Origin: a bacterium | GTDB lineage: Bacteria > Hinthialibacterota > Hinthialibacteria > Hinthialibacterales > Hinthialibacteraceae | DNA length: 64,000 nt | NCBI GenBank assembly: GCA_963663405.2 | Contig: CAXXSM010000132.1 | Coordinates: forward strand, 235,102 to 299,101 | Reading direction: 5' to 3' | Part shown: one piece after another, positions 43,652 to 54,751 of the stretch | Layout: every line of letters starts with the position of its first letter | Numbering within the stretch: the first letter of the stretch is position 1 | Made by a program: the position numbers and the translations under genes | The notes under the pieces: generated by a model | What the model saw: only the letters and a program-made list of their open reading frames with translations | Told to the model about the DNA's origin: nothing | The model's database searches: none

Positions 43652-45019
43652 TTACTTTACTTTACGGGCGATTTCATAAGAAATAGGAGAACCGTTGACC
43701 TTCAATGTATTGATGTGTTGTATGGCCCGTTGCAGTTTTTCATTGGGATTCCCTTCCCATCCCGATAAATCCAGGTCATTCACTTTTACAATGATATCAC
43801 CTTTTTGGATTACGTTTGTTGATTGGCCGGACGGCGCCGCAGTGATCGTAAGGCCTTGATTTTCGTCTGTGTCCCATTCCACGATGGTTTCAACGCCATA
43901 AAATAACTGGCCGTCGATATTTTTTGTAAAAAACGCTAACCCCGAATGAATGTCAATATCATGGATTGAATTACTATTCTTTGGAGTTCGTCTGGTACGT
44001 CTATTGGCTTGACTGATTTGTATCACACCGTTTTCAAGAACATGGTAGTCCAGCCAATAGGAAGGCAGGACCGTGTCAAGAAAATCCCGGACGGTAGGAT
44101 TATCCAAACAAAAAGAAAGTTTTTTATTCATCCCATCATCCAGAACAAATTGCAAGCCGCATTCTTGGTGAAAGGTTGATAGAATTGAAAATAAATCGAC
44201 GTTATTCGCTTCAAACGGGCCCTCGAACCGCTTATCCAGCGCAGCGGATGGGGAAGGGGGAGCTATTTCCTTGATCAGGACAACCCCGTTTTCCATAATC
44301 TGATATTTCAAACCACAGGATAATAAAACTGTGTCTAAAACATCGCGTACAGTAGGATTCTGAAAACTGAAAGTGGCTTTTTTCTCAATGACTCCTTCAT
44401 CCAAGACAAATGGAAGGCCGCATGCTTGTTGAAGGATTTGTATGATCGTGGAGAGTTCGACGCTTCGCGCTTCAACAGGGCCTTCAATTTGAGAGTCCAA
44501 GGCGTTGGATATTTCTTCCGGGATCTCATCGATGGGTTCTATGGAAGATTCACTAGATGAAGGTATATCCTTAGCCCGCCGGATCAGGATTGTTCCATTC
44601 TCCGTAATCTGATAACCCAGATTATTTGCAGGAAGGACACAACCTAAGATGTCCTGGACTGTTGGATTGTTGAAAGAAAAAGTCACTTTCTTGTAAATTC
44701 CCTGCTCAATGGCCATAGGAATGCCGGATTGCGCTTGCAGCGTTTGGATAACTATGGCTAGATCGACGCCACGGGCTTCAACAGGGCCTTCGATGCGAGT
44801 GTCCAACACGGCTTGAATTTTCTTGTCTATAACTGTATGAGGGGATGGCGCCGGCGCTTGTACTTTTTCTCCACTCGGAATCAATAATAATAAAGAACAA
44901 CTCCAATTCTCTTGCGAAATGTCCATTGGCGCTGTGACTCTTTGGGCGGAAACAATTAACGGGAAGGCGGTGAAAACGATCGGAAGGATAGCAAATACAT
45001 AATACCGTGATTTTTTCAT
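43652..45019 (-). CDS. Secreted protein with three tandem STN/secretin-N0-like domains and a PDZ-like tail
   Basis: Three repeats LD.(R/Q)(I/F)EGP.EA..V.L...Q...G......NPTV.D.L..VL....L.Y...ENG...I; tail IQKGDIIVKVND. Confidence 0.55.
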   Translation of the reverse strand: MKKSRYYVFAILPIVFTAFPLIVSAQRVTAPMDISQENWSCSLLLLIPSGEKVQAPAPSPHTVIDKKIQAVLDTRIEGPVEARGVDLAIVIQTLQAQSGIPMAIEQGIYKKVTFSFNNPTVQDILGCVLPANNLGYQITENGTILIRRAKDIPSSSESSIEPIDEIPEEISNALDSQIEGPVEARSVELSTIIQILQQACGLPFVLDEGVIEKKATFSFQNPTVRDVLDTVLLSCGLKYQIMENGVVLIKEIAPPSPSAALDKRFEGPFEANNVDLFSILSTFHQECGLQFVLDDGMNKKLSFCLDNPTVRDFLDTVLPSYWLDYHVLENGVIQISQANRRTRRTPKNSNSIHDIDIHSGLAFFTKNIDGQLFYGVETIVEWDTDENQGLTITAAPSGQSTNVIQKGDIIVKVNDLDLSGWEGNPNEKLQRAIQHINTLKVNGSPISYEIARKVK

Positions 45020-45254
45020 TATTTTCTCTCCTTGAATGTAATTATTTTGACCGTTTAGCCGAAAGAAGTGGTAAAATACCTGCAAAAGGAGATAATGTGT
45101 CAAAGATTATACTCTCAAAAGCAGGATAGGATTTCTATACCCCTATCGGCCGTTCAATGTTGTTTGTTTTAGGCGCCTATTAAAAAAAACGGTTGGGGAA
45201 AAGCGGAGATAACAACCAAATTGATTTGATTTGAAAAAAGAGAGAGAGTATCAT

Positions 45255-45355
45255 TTTAATTGGAATGAGTTTCGAAGGCTTTCTCATTCGCGATTTCTAC
45301 CGCAACTCATTTTCATTTGCGCATGGGCATCTAAATCATTTGAAGTTTTTTAGAA
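45255..45355 (+). repeat. GAAAATGAG/CTCATTTTC shell repeat, degenerate short copy
   Basis: GAATGAGTTTC...CCGCAACTCATTTTCATTTGC matches copies at 56211-56306 and 62007-62109. Confidence 0.65.
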
Positions 45356-45381
45356 ACTATCTGAATCTCTTTCTAACAACA

Positions 45382-45409
45382 TTGACACATGAAAAAGAAA
45401 CCCTATAAT
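45382..45409 (+). promoter_or_regulatory. Sigma70 promoter of tRNA-Val
   Basis: TTGACA-16 nt-TATAAT, ending 21 nt before the tRNA. Confidence 0.8.
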
Positions 45410-45430
45410 TAAAGACTTATGATTCAAAGT

Positions 45431-45508
45431 GGGTCCTTAGCTCAGCTTGGTTAGAGTGCTTGCTTGACATGCAAGAGGTCACTGGTTCAAGTCCAGTAGG
45501 ACCCACCA
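45431..45508 (+). tRNA. tRNA-Val(GAC)
   Basis: GGGTCCTTAGCTCAG...CTTGCTT-GAC-ATGCAAG...GGTTCAAGTCC...GGACCCACCA. Confidence 0.96.
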
Positions 45509-45576
45509 TTTTTCGATTTCTTTTTCTTGATCCGTTGGAAAGCGGATATCAGAGATTTAAAAAGGAGTTTGAGAGA

Positions 45577-45600
45577 GGGAGACCTGGAGGTCTCTTTTTT
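45577..45600 (+). terminator. Intrinsic terminator after tRNA-Val
   Basis: GAGACC-TGGA-GGTCTC followed by a T6 run. Confidence 0.6.
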
Positions 45601-45734
45601 ATATTAAAAAACGCAACGGCAATTAACTAGGTCAAACTATATACCCATAGATAGATATGCCGATAGGATTATTGCGTACTATATATGGGTTGGTTTTGTC
45701 TAAAATGACTTTGTAACGACGCTTTTTTATACGT

Positions 45735-47690
45735 GTGAACGACATTATGAGCGCATCATCTTCTGTTAAACAAATTAAACTGCGGGTAAATGGCGGGAAG
45801 GAATCTCTGGTAGTTCCCGCCCTAACCACTCCAATGACTCTGTTGGACGAGCGCCGGGAATTCCCCAAGGACGCCGTCGCCGCCACGTTTAATGGAGTGA
45901 AGGTGGATTTACTGCGCCCATTGCCTGGAGATGGTGAAATCCAGTTTATTACGTTCCGCGATCCGGAAGGAAAAGAGATACTCTATCACAGCGCGGCGCA
46001 TCTTTTGGCCCAGGCTGTTACGGAACTCTTTCCCAACGCCAAGTTAGCGATTGGCCCACCGATCGACAACGGATTCTATTACGATTTCGATGTCGAAAAA
46101 CCTTTCACGCCGGAAGATCTTGAACGTATTGAAGAGCGTATGCGTGAACACGCCGCGGAAAAAATACCGATCGAGCGGTTTGAAATGAGCCGGCAGGAAG
46201 CGATCGATTATTACAAAGAAAAGAACGAACCTTATAAAGTTGAACTCATCGAAGATTTCGAAGACGATTCGTTCAGTTTTTATAAACAGGGTGATTTCAT
46301 AGATATGTGCCGGGGACCGCATGTTCCCCACACCGGTTTTCTGAAGCATTTTAAACTCCTGCAGAACGCTGGAGCGTATTGGCGTGGACACGAACGAAAT
46401 CCGATGCTTCAGCGGATCTATGGAACCGCCGCGTCAAATCCAAAAGAACTGAAAGCGTATCTCAAACAGCTGGAAGAAGCGAAAGAACGCGATCACCGAA
46501 AGATCGGCCGCGAACTCGACCTCTTCAGCATTCATGATGAAGCGGGGCCGGGATTGGTTCTGTGGCATCCACACGGCGCGCGCGTCCGTAACGTTATCGA
46601 GAATTTCTGGCGTGAGGAACATTACCGCCGGGGTTATGAATTGGTTTACATTCCCCACATCGTCCGGGAAAACCTGTTTCAGAAATCCGGACACCTCGAA
46701 AATTTCCGGGATGACATGTATTCGCCGATGGATGTTGATGGGATGAATTATTACGCCAAACCGATGAACTGCCCGGCGCATATTCTCATCTATCAATCTC
46801 AATTGCGCAGTTACCGGGATATGCCGGTTCGCTATGCGGAATTGGGAACGGTCTACCGGTACGAGCGCTCCGGCGCGTTACATGGCCTTCTGCGCGTACG
46901 GGGATTCACCCAAGACGACGCGCATATTTTCTGCCGCCCCGATCAGCTGGAAGATGAAATCCTTGGGATCATCGATCTGGCCGATTTTATGATGAAAGCT
47001 TTCGGGTTTGAGTACAAACTCTGCCTCTCCACCCGTCCGGAAAAGTCGATCGGCACGGAAGAAATTTGGGAATACGCCACCGAAACTCTCCGGAAAGCGC
47101 TCGAAAAAAATGGTCAGCCCTACGAGGTCGATGAAGGGGGTGGGGCCTTTTATGGGCCGAAAATTGATGTTATGCTGTTGGACGCTTTGGGACGCACATG
47201 GCAGGGACCGACGTTTCAATTGGATTTTAATTTCCCAGAGCGTTTTGATATTACGTATGTCGATACAGATGGCGAGAAGAAACGGGCGGTCATGCTTCAT
47301 CGTACAGTCTTAGGATCGATGGAGCGATTCTTTGGAAACCTGATCGAGCATTATAAAGGCGCGTTTCCACCGTGGTTGTCGCCGGTACAGGCCAAAGTGA
47401 TGACCATAACCGATGATTCGATTCCCTATGCGAAATCATTGAATCAGCGATTACGCTGTGCGAAAATACGATCGGAACTTGATATACGTAACGAGAAGAT
47501 TAACTATAAAGTCAGAGAAGCTGAATCCTTAAAAATCCCATTCATGCTCGTCGCAGGGAAAAAAGAGATGCAAGAAGGAACCGTCTCTCTTCGCGAGAGA
47601 GGACGGAAAGATCATGGCGTCATGAGTGTGGAAACCGTATTGGATATGATCCAAGAAGCGGCTGGAGCGCCTCGAAGTCCGTTGGAATAG
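45735..47690 (+). CDS. thrS: Threonine--tRNA ligase
   Basis: TGS domain, HSAAH, DMCRGPH, RDHRKIG, KPMNCP, RVRGFTQDDAH, FYGPKID. Confidence 0.98.
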   Translation: MNDIMSASSSVKQIKLRVNGGKESLVVPALTTPMTLLDERREFPKDAVAATFNGVKVDLLRPLPGDGEIQFITFRDPEGKEILYHSAAHLLAQAVTELFPNAKLAIGPPIDNGFYYDFDVEKPFTPEDLERIEERMREHAAEKIPIERFEMSRQEAIDYYKEKNEPYKVELIEDFEDDSFSFYKQGDFIDMCRGPHVPHTGFLKHFKLLQNAGAYWRGHERNPMLQRIYGTAASNPKELKAYLKQLEEAKERDHRKIGRELDLFSIHDEAGPGLVLWHPHGARVRNVIENFWREEHYRRGYELVYIPHIVRENLFQKSGHLENFRDDMYSPMDVDGMNYYAKPMNCPAHILIYQSQLRSYRDMPVRYAELGTVYRYERSGALHGLLRVRGFTQDDAHIFCRPDQLEDEILGIIDLADFMMKAFGFEYKLCLSTRPEKSIGTEEIWEYATETLRKALEKNGQPYEVDEGGGAFYGPKIDVMLLDALGRTWQGPTFQLDFNFPERFDITYVDTDGEKKRAVMLHRTVLGSMERFFGNLIEHYKGAFPPWLSPVQAKVMTITDDSIPYAKSLNQRLRCAKIRSELDIRNEKINYKVREAESLKIPFMLVAGKKEMQEGTVSLRERGRKDHGVMSVETVLDMIQEAAGAPRSPLE

Positions 47691-47752
47691 TAAACCGGGG
47701 CGTGGAGTGACTGAGTTTGGCCGAATGAAGCCAGAGAGGAGTGTGAGTTTCC

Positions 47753-48418
47753 ATTAGGAGCAAAAGAAGTATTTCTCGGCGCGAGCCACAGCGGGACACC
47801 ACTCGCATTAATGAAACGATTCGTGAACGTGAAATCCGTCTCATCGATCAGAACGACGAACATGTAGGCGTTGTCACGGTCGACACCGCCTTGAAATTAG
47901 CGCGGGAGGCCGGATTGGATCTGGTGGAAGTGAGCGCCAAATCCAAGCCGCATGTGTGCCGTGTTATGGACTATGGCCAGTATAAATATCAGCAGGCCAA
48001 AAAACAAAAAGACGCGAAGAAGAAACAAAAACAAATTGTGGTTAAAGAGATAAAACTTCGTCCGCGTATTGACGACCACGATTATGAATTTAAATTAAAT
48101 CACGCGATCAAGTTTCTCGAACACGGCGATAAAGTCCGTTTTATCATGCAGTTCCGCGGGCGTGAAATGGCGCACAAAGACTTTGGCCGCCGGGTCATGG
48201 ACCGGGTCATTGAAGATCTAAACGAAATCGCTTCTGTTGAACAAGCTCCCCGGCAAGAAGGGCGGTTCATGAATATGACACTTGCGCCTTTGCCCGGAGT
48301 CAAGAAAAAAAGTGATAAAAGCAGTGATGATGAACGAAAGAGTGATGAATCAACGCTAGAATCCTTTGAACCGTCATCCCTACCGGATGATGATTCGGCG
48401 AAAGAGGAAGAAATTTAA
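47753..48418 (+). CDS. infC: Translation initiation factor IF-3 (ATT start)
   Basis: Frame of ORF 47891-48418 extends upstream through [16 protein letters not shown] to ATT at 47753 after GAGGAG; [18 protein letters not shown]. Confidence 0.93.
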   Translation: MRSKRSISRREPQRDTTRINETIREREIRLIDQNDEHVGVVTVDTALKLAREAGLDLVEVSAKSKPHVCRVMDYGQYKYQQAKKQKDAKKKQKQIVVKEIKLRPRIDDHDYEFKLNHAIKFLEHGDKVRFIMQFRGREMAHKDFGRRVMDRVIEDLNEIASVEQAPRQEGRFMNMTLAPLPGVKKKSDKSSDDERKSDESTLESFEPSSLPDDDSAKEEEI

Positions 48419-48419
48419 G

Positions 48420-48623
48420 ATGGCAAATGGACCTAAAATGAAATCCAATCGCGGAGCGATGAAACGCTTCCGCAAAACGAAAAACGGTAAATTCAAACGG
48501 GAACGGGCGTATCTAAGCCACATTCGCACCAAAAAAACGTCGAAACGGAAACGGCGTCTGCGCCAACAGACTCTCGTCAGTACCGCCGAAGTGAAACGCG
48601 TTTCCCGGATGTTAACCACGTAA
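48420..48623 (+). CDS. rpmI: 50S ribosomal protein L35
   Basis: [16 protein letters not shown]...[15 protein letters not shown]. Confidence 0.95.
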   Translation: MANGPKMKSNRGAMKRFRKTKNGKFKRERAYLSHIRTKKTSKRKRRLRQQTLVSTAEVKRVSRMLTT

Positions 48624-48883
48624 TCGCGGTTGGCTCTTCCCTATCTTCTCTCGCCCACTATCATTTCAAAGGTGAGTTGGCTCCGTTTAAGCACGGTGAT
48701 GGAATCACACCGGGAAGAGGATACGCGGTGACTAATAATTTGAAACGCATCCAACGTTGAACTGTATTGGTTCCTATTACAGCGGAATGAAATGCTGGAA
48801 TCCACTCGATTCCTTTCTCAGTATATCGAATTCCGTTCTTTCCGCCGGTTCGAATTCGGCCGATAGAACGCAGGAGAACAGAC

Positions 48884-49236
48884 ATGCCACGCGCAATCAG
48901 TCAGGTCGCTTCCAGGCGGCGCCGGAAAAAAATTCTCAAATTAGCCAAAGGTTCCCGTCTCGGACGGCGCAATCAGATACGATCCGCCCGTCATGGAGTG
49001 TTCAAAGGTCTTCAGTACGCGTACCGGGACCGGCGAAACCGCAAACGGGATTTCCGCCGGTTGTGGATCACCCGCATCAACGCCGCGACACGGATCGATG
49101 GTCTTTCTATAGCAAGTTTATCCATGGACTCACCCAAGCCGGGATCGAGATTGATCGTAAAATGCTCGCGGAACTTGCGGTCCACGACGCCGAAGCCTTT
49201 CACGGGCTCGTTGAAATCGCCAAAGGAAACGCGTAA
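48884..49236 (+). CDS. rplT: 50S ribosomal protein L20 (frameshift at about 49108)
   Basis: MPRA...KILKLAKG...[24 protein letters not shown], then YSKFIHGL...[11 protein letters not shown] in the shifted frame. Confidence 0.95.
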
Positions 49237-49305
49237 GCCTCCCGGCTTCGAATTACGTTCACCATTCCTACTTTTCAACCAACGGAAGAGCGGATCGATT
49301 AACCA

Positions 49306-50325
49306 ATGACCACGGGTGTTACATCTCTCCAATCGCAACTGGAAGAAGCGAAGGCGGAAGGCCTTAAGGAACTCGCCCAGGCGGAGAATCCACAGCTTCT
49401 TTACGAAACACGCACAGGCTATCTCGGTAAAAAAGGGAAAGTCAAAGCGGTTCTTCGCGGTTTGGGGAAGCTTTCCGCCGAAGAACGGCCTCTTGTCGGC
49501 CAATTGGCGAACACCGTCGCCGATGCGCTGGAAGAAGCCTATCAACGCCGCCTTGCCGAACTGAAGGCCAATGAATCTGAGCGGCGCCTTGAAGAAGACG
49601 CGGTGGATATCACGTTGCCGGGCACATGGAACCAGCGAGGCGCGATTCATCCCTTAACCCGCGTTCAAACCGAAATCGAAGAATTGTTCTATTCGATGGG
49701 CTTCGACATCGCTGAAGGCCCGGAAGTCGAATCAGAGCGCTACAACTTCGAATCGCTCAATTTCGTCCCCGATCATCCCGCGCGGGATATGCAGGACACG
49801 TTCTTCACAAAAAGTGGACACGTTCTCCGGACGCATACATCCCCTGTCCAGATCCGCTATATGGAGACCCATGAGCCGCCCCTGCGCATGATCGCGCCGG
49901 GCCGGGTGTATCGCTGCGATTCCGATATCACACACTCCCCCATGTTCCACCAGATCGAGGGGCTTGTCGTAGACCGGAATATTACCTTCTGCGATCTAAA
50001 AGGTACTTTGGAATTCCTGATCCACCGTATCTTCAGCCCGGAAACTGAAACCCGCTTCCGGCCTTCCTTTTTCCCCTTCACCGAACCCAGCGCGGAGATG
50101 GACATTATGTTCAAAACGCACCGGGGTGAGATGGAATGGCTCGAAGTCCTCGGTTGCGGTATGGTTCACCCCGCCGTTCTCGAAGCGGTCAACTACGATC
50201 CAGAAGAATACACCGGATTCGCCTTCGGCCTGGGCGTAGAACGCTTCGCCATGCTCAAATACGGAATCACCGACATCCGTCTCTTCTACGAAAACGATAT
50301 TCGCATGTTGCGTCAATTCCGATAA
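49306..50325 (+). CDS. pheS: Phenylalanine--tRNA ligase alpha subunit
   Basis: [46 protein letters not shown]. Confidence 0.98.
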   Translation: MTTGVTSLQSQLEEAKAEGLKELAQAENPQLLYETRTGYLGKKGKVKAVLRGLGKLSAEERPLVGQLANTVADALEEAYQRRLAELKANESERRLEEDAVDITLPGTWNQRGAIHPLTRVQTEIEELFYSMGFDIAEGPEVESERYNFESLNFVPDHPARDMQDTFFTKSGHVLRTHTSPVQIRYMETHEPPLRMIAPGRVYRCDSDITHSPMFHQIEGLVVDRNITFCDLKGTLEFLIHRIFSPETETRFRPSFFPFTEPSAEMDIMFKTHRGEMEWLEVLGCGMVHPAVLEAVNYDPEEYTGFAFGLGVERFAMLKYGITDIRLFYENDIRMLRQFR

Positions 50326-50346
50326 TGGAGCGCGGGCATCCTGCCC
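50326..50346 (+). repeat. Short REP-like palindrome (copy 2)
   Basis: TGGAGCGCGGGCATCCTGCCC, matching 38041-38062. Confidence 0.55.
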
Positions 50347-50393
50347 ATAAAATTTTCTTTGCACAAATATAAACAATAAAAAAAACTTATATT

Positions 50394-50794
50394 TTATTCA
50401 AATCGCACTACAGGATATGCCACAATCCATATTTCATCTTGTGGTCTTTTATAGTATTCGTATGTTTTCATGATGAAATTTTTGAGTTTCTTAAGTGAAT
50501 TACGAAATTTTTGTATCTTCAAGTGAATATTCATAATCAACAATAAAAAGAGCGATGTCATCAGGTGTCGATAATTTTGTTTTGGGATCGGTCCAATATC
50601 CACGAAAGGATGCTTTTGGATAATAGGCGCTATGTGTAAAACCACTGACTCGAATTCCATATCTCACAATTTTTCAATCTTTTCAGCTGAGTGATCACTT
50701 CATTTACGGCTTTTAATTCTTCTTTCATTCCAGCAGGAAGATTAAACATTACTCGTGTTCGACTCTCCAGTTCTTTTGTATAGTCCTCTGTCAT
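50394..50794 (-). CDS. Hypothetical protein of about 130 aa (reconstructed across two homopolymer frameshifts)
   Basis: Removing one A in each of two A5 runs gives MTEDYTKELESRTRVMFNLP...YGIRVSGFTHSAYYPKASFRGYWTDPK...DDIALFIVDYEYSLEDTKFRNSLKKLK...QDEIWIVAYPVVRFE. Confidence 0.5.
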
Positions 50795-50820
50795 AGAAAA
50801 CTCCAAAATCATCTGAATTA

Positions 50821-51126
50821 TTACATCCGTCTATCACGTTGCAGCGTAGTGTATTCTTCGATGGTTAAATCACTTTTCGGTTTCACCTTGCCCGTACTAA
50901 ATCGTAATCTTCTTTCTTTAAAAAAAGGAATGAGCTTACCTGGAACAACAAAAATCATACCTTCCATGTCAACTGGAATTCCTGGAAAGTAGTCACAAAG
51001 AAGATCGATCGCGGTATCACGATCCTTTCGTGCTTTAAATGTGATCGTTGACACATCATCGTATAAAAGAACATCCGGTTTCCACTCAATTTTTGGTATA
51101 TTGTTCTTTAATTCGTAATAAATCAT
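50821..51126 (-). CDS. Hypothetical protein of about 100 aa
   Basis: ORF MIYYELKNNIP... with GAGG SD; co-oriented with both neighbours. Confidence 0.55.
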   Translation of the reverse strand: MIYYELKNNIPKIEWKPDVLLYDDVSTITFKARKDRDTAIDLLCDYFPGIPVDMEGMIFVVPGKLIPFFKERRLRFSTGKVKPKSDLTIEEYTTLQRDRRM

Positions 51127-51139
51127 CAAAATCCGCCTC

Positions 51140-51400
51140 TTAATCTGCATATGATTGTCGATCTGATCGGAAAACGTTTTTACACCAACTATTGGCTTTT
51201 CGGCGATCTAATGATACTTGTTGGTGATTTCCTTCAAATAAATCCGGTGTGTTTTTCCATCGATTAAGATAGGATGCCGATCCAATCGATTCATAGCATT
51301 CCTTGAAAATTTCTCTGATTTTTTCATTGTCGAGATTCTTGCTTAAATGAAGGACTTTTTCTTTAATTTCAGAATTTTCCCATGCGTGGCTTTCATGCAA
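51140..51400 (-). CDS. Hypothetical protein, 86 aa
   Basis: Strong SD AAGGAGGTGA before a TTG start. Confidence 0.5.
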   Translation of the reverse strand: MHESHAWENSEIKEKVLHLSKNLDNEKIREIFKECYESIGSASYLNRWKNTPDLFEGNHQQVSLDRRKANSWCKNVFRSDRQSYAD

Positions 51401-51565
51401 TATTTATCACCTCCTTTCATGTAATTGTGTTGCAGCATTTGTGCTTGCAAAAAACTATGATCGTTAATTTTTTGCTTTTTTATATCATAGTCTGACATGA
51501 TATACTATTATATACCATATACGCCTCGTGATGGCAAGGTATTTTCTCATTGTATTTACTATGAA

Positions 51566-54500
51566 TCATTCAAACCGATGAATCTGCTTCTGCAACCATT
51601 CCCAAAACGCTTTAAATGAAATGATTTTGTTTGGATCATTGACGAGGCGGATACCGATCCGGTCGGAGAAGATATTGGTGGATGGGGCGAGGAAATACTC
51701 TTTGGGAAGCGTTCCGTAGAGTTGTAGGCGGTCTCCATCGATCAACCGGGCGCGCAGGCCGATGCCGGAATACTTATACTGTTTCCGTTTCACAATCTGA
51801 TCCGCCTGGGCGGAGATGTCGCTGACCGTGACGAATAAACTGATTGTTTCCTGGCTGATTGTTTCATTCCGTTTGTTTTGACTTTGAAGTTCCAGGTCGA
51901 ACGCGATCGGCAGGGGTGGATCAGTGGAATCGCTTGAGGGAAGGGCGACCTGAAGGTCATGAATCTTTCCGGAAATGACACCGGTGATGTATCCAAAATT
52001 GTAATACTTCGCAAGCGGTTCCATATCTAGATGGTCCACATCCACACTCATCCCCGCCGTTGCAAAATCTGTGAAGGGGTAATCCATGTATAGATCACTC
52101 AGAATGATATGGCCGCTGAACGCGTTTAAATCAATGGAACCTTCCAAAGATATCCGGTCTTGCCCACCTGTGATCGTGTGAATCATTCCATTTAACGTTC
52201 CTTGTTTAAGCATGAAGGGAATCTCTTCACTGATCCGGCTCATCTCCAATTGATCGAATGTAAGCCGTCCCTTGAATTGCGGCTGCGAAGAGGCCCAGTT
52301 TTGAATTCGGAAATTGTCAATGGTTATATTTCCCCCAAATAAAGGAAGCGTCAAATGTTTCAGCAGGATAATCGACGTGGCTTCGATAGGGATGCTGTGA
52401 GTGACTTGGGCGTATTTTTCTTTCGCGAAGAGAATCTTCTCCGCTGAGAAGAGAACTTCTTTCCGGGGAAGAGATTCATATTGCAGGGGATAGCTGACAG
52501 GGATGATCAATGAAGCGTTTTCAATAAGCGCGCTCGCTGGACCGTTATAATCGAACGACGTATTTGATAGACCAATCTCTCCAGTGATGATGGAATCTAC
52601 AGTCAACCATCCATTCATTTTCCCTGACGCCTTCCATATTGGATCCTCACCCTCACCTCCGGTTTCGAGCGCAAACCGATTCACCAATGGAAGAACGAAT
52701 GATTTCAGGTCTAGATTATTCCATTCCATTCGCGCTGGCTGTTTTGGTGATTCTGTATATGTAAATTCGCCTCCACCAGGAGGATGGATCGTACAGACTG
52801 TTTGGGTTTCTCTTCCACCGGTGTATTTTGCCAAAATAGCAATCTGCTGTCCTGCCCATTCCATGTCATTTCCATTGAAGGATAGATATGGTGTCGACGC
52901 CGAGATGTTCGCCGAAATAATCATACTATTTGGATTCTGAATGAATCCTGTCTTTGCGGAAACATTACGCAGTTGTACTCCGAACGCAGGATCTCCATCA
53001 AACGAATACAACGTAAGATCGTCACTGGTAATTTCAGCGGTGATCCCCTCCGGTTTACCCTGCGCGAGTATGTTGATTGTGCCCATGCCCTCAATTTCAC
53101 GTGTGATTTGAGGAACTAAATTCGCCAGCAAGGAAGGGAACTGCGTTTCCAGATCAAGCGCGCTTTCTAACCGGCAATCCTGTAAAGATCGATACTCGCC
53201 TTGAATTGGTTGAAAACGATCTGTTTTTAGAGTGGAAACGCGCAGATCTAATGTCTGATCAACCGGATCGCCCTCCATCGACGCTTCGAATGATTCTACG
53301 GTTATAGGAAACGGTGTTCCGGCGCCTAGATCAAGTTCCACCGCTCCGGCGCAGTGAAGGTCCGCATGGAATCGCTCCATGTTTCCCTTTAGACTTACCT
53401 CTGCGGCTGCGTTTTTGTATGAAATGGATGGAATTAAGCCTGCCGCTTCGCCAAGAGATAGATCGATCTTGTAATCTTTGAGGATCTCGCCTATAAAATT
53501 GATACTTCCCTTTGTAGTAATATTCCCCTGTGGAAGATAGGATTGAAACTCATCGGGGAGATAAAGCGAGAGAAAGCGGGTATTTTTTTTCGATAGTTCA
53601 AATTCAGCCTCTACAGGAAGAGACGCGGATTGAAGATCCCCAGCGGCGCGCAGACGCAAAGATCCGATTACGTCCGATTCCCAAAACGTATCCAGTGTTT
53701 CCAACGCGTTGGGATCTTTATCATATTGCACATAAAGTTCCCCCGCCGGAATCTCCCATTGTTGAGTCGCCTGATATACGATCGTCGCATGTTGGATTGC
53801 CGCAGTGGCGGATCGGGGTATGAAATCCAAGCCAGTAATAACCGTAATCGAAGCGTCCGCGATCGCGCCGGACACCGTCGATCCATCCGGCAGCCCGGCG
53901 GATAGAACTTCTGAATGAGAATGGACCATCATTCTGTATTGATCCACCTCATCCGCTTTAAGCGTGAGTGATCCATCCAGAATGGCGGAGCATTGAAGAG
54001 GATCGTGGAGTTTGAGTGGAAACGCTTCAATATTGGCGCTAAGTTGATGGATCGCCCATGTATAACCGTCCAAATCCGCGTTAACTTTGAGAAATGAATC
54101 AGCCTGAGAACTTGGACGCAAGTTCAATGACGTCTCCCATTCCGCGCGATTGGCTTTGGAATGGATTTCGGCTCCGAATGTATAGGTTTCCTCCAAGTAT
54201 GGAAATCGAATAAGGGAGTTTGTAATCCGCAGCGATTCAAGGGGAATTGGCGTAGTGGGCGGAATCAGCGTTGGATTCCGTACCAGTGGAAAATGAGAGA
54301 ATACTCTCCAAATTCACGTCCGCTTGATCGATCTCCACTTGGAAATAGGGATTCTTCAGCGCATCGGTTACCTCAATTGCGCTGCTTTTAGCATGAAAAA
54401 AGGGGGAGTCAAACTGCCTGAATTCAATCCGGGGATTGCCCGAATATATTTTTGAGATTAGCAAAGATTTAGAATGGACATCCAAATCCGGAACGCCAAA

Positions 54501-54738
54501 TAGGTTTTCCGCCGTCACTTCAGTTAATGCGATTCGTCCTGATAGACTCGCGTGGATTGATTGAAAATTGATCTCGCAATTTAACCTGGGCGCTGAGTGT
54601 GTTTTTTATAAATTGTTGAACGAATTCAATTTGGAGAAATACATTGATGAATAGAAGCGCAAGGAGAAACAAGCCAATTAAAACGAATCCCCAGCGCCGG
54701 AGTCTTTTCCATCTTGATGGAGGGAGTTTTTTCTCCAT
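51566..54738 (-). CDS. Large AsmA/YdbH-like intermembrane lipid-bridge protein (frameshifted into three ORFs)
   Basis: N-terminal TM anchor (RRWGFVLIGLFLLALLFINVF), long beta-rich body, C-terminal LFGGNITID/AFSGHIILSDL and GVISGKI segments. Confidence 0.55.
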
Positions 54739-54751
54739 ATGAGATTGACTC

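Noticed and set aside
45431-45508. tRNA-Val as a prophage or island integration site
   Set aside because: No integrase and no duplicated tRNA 3' end seen; thrS follows directly.
45510-45734. T-box riboswitch before thrS
   Set aside because: No T-box consensus (AAGGTGGNACC-like) found; the hairpin fits a tRNA terminator.
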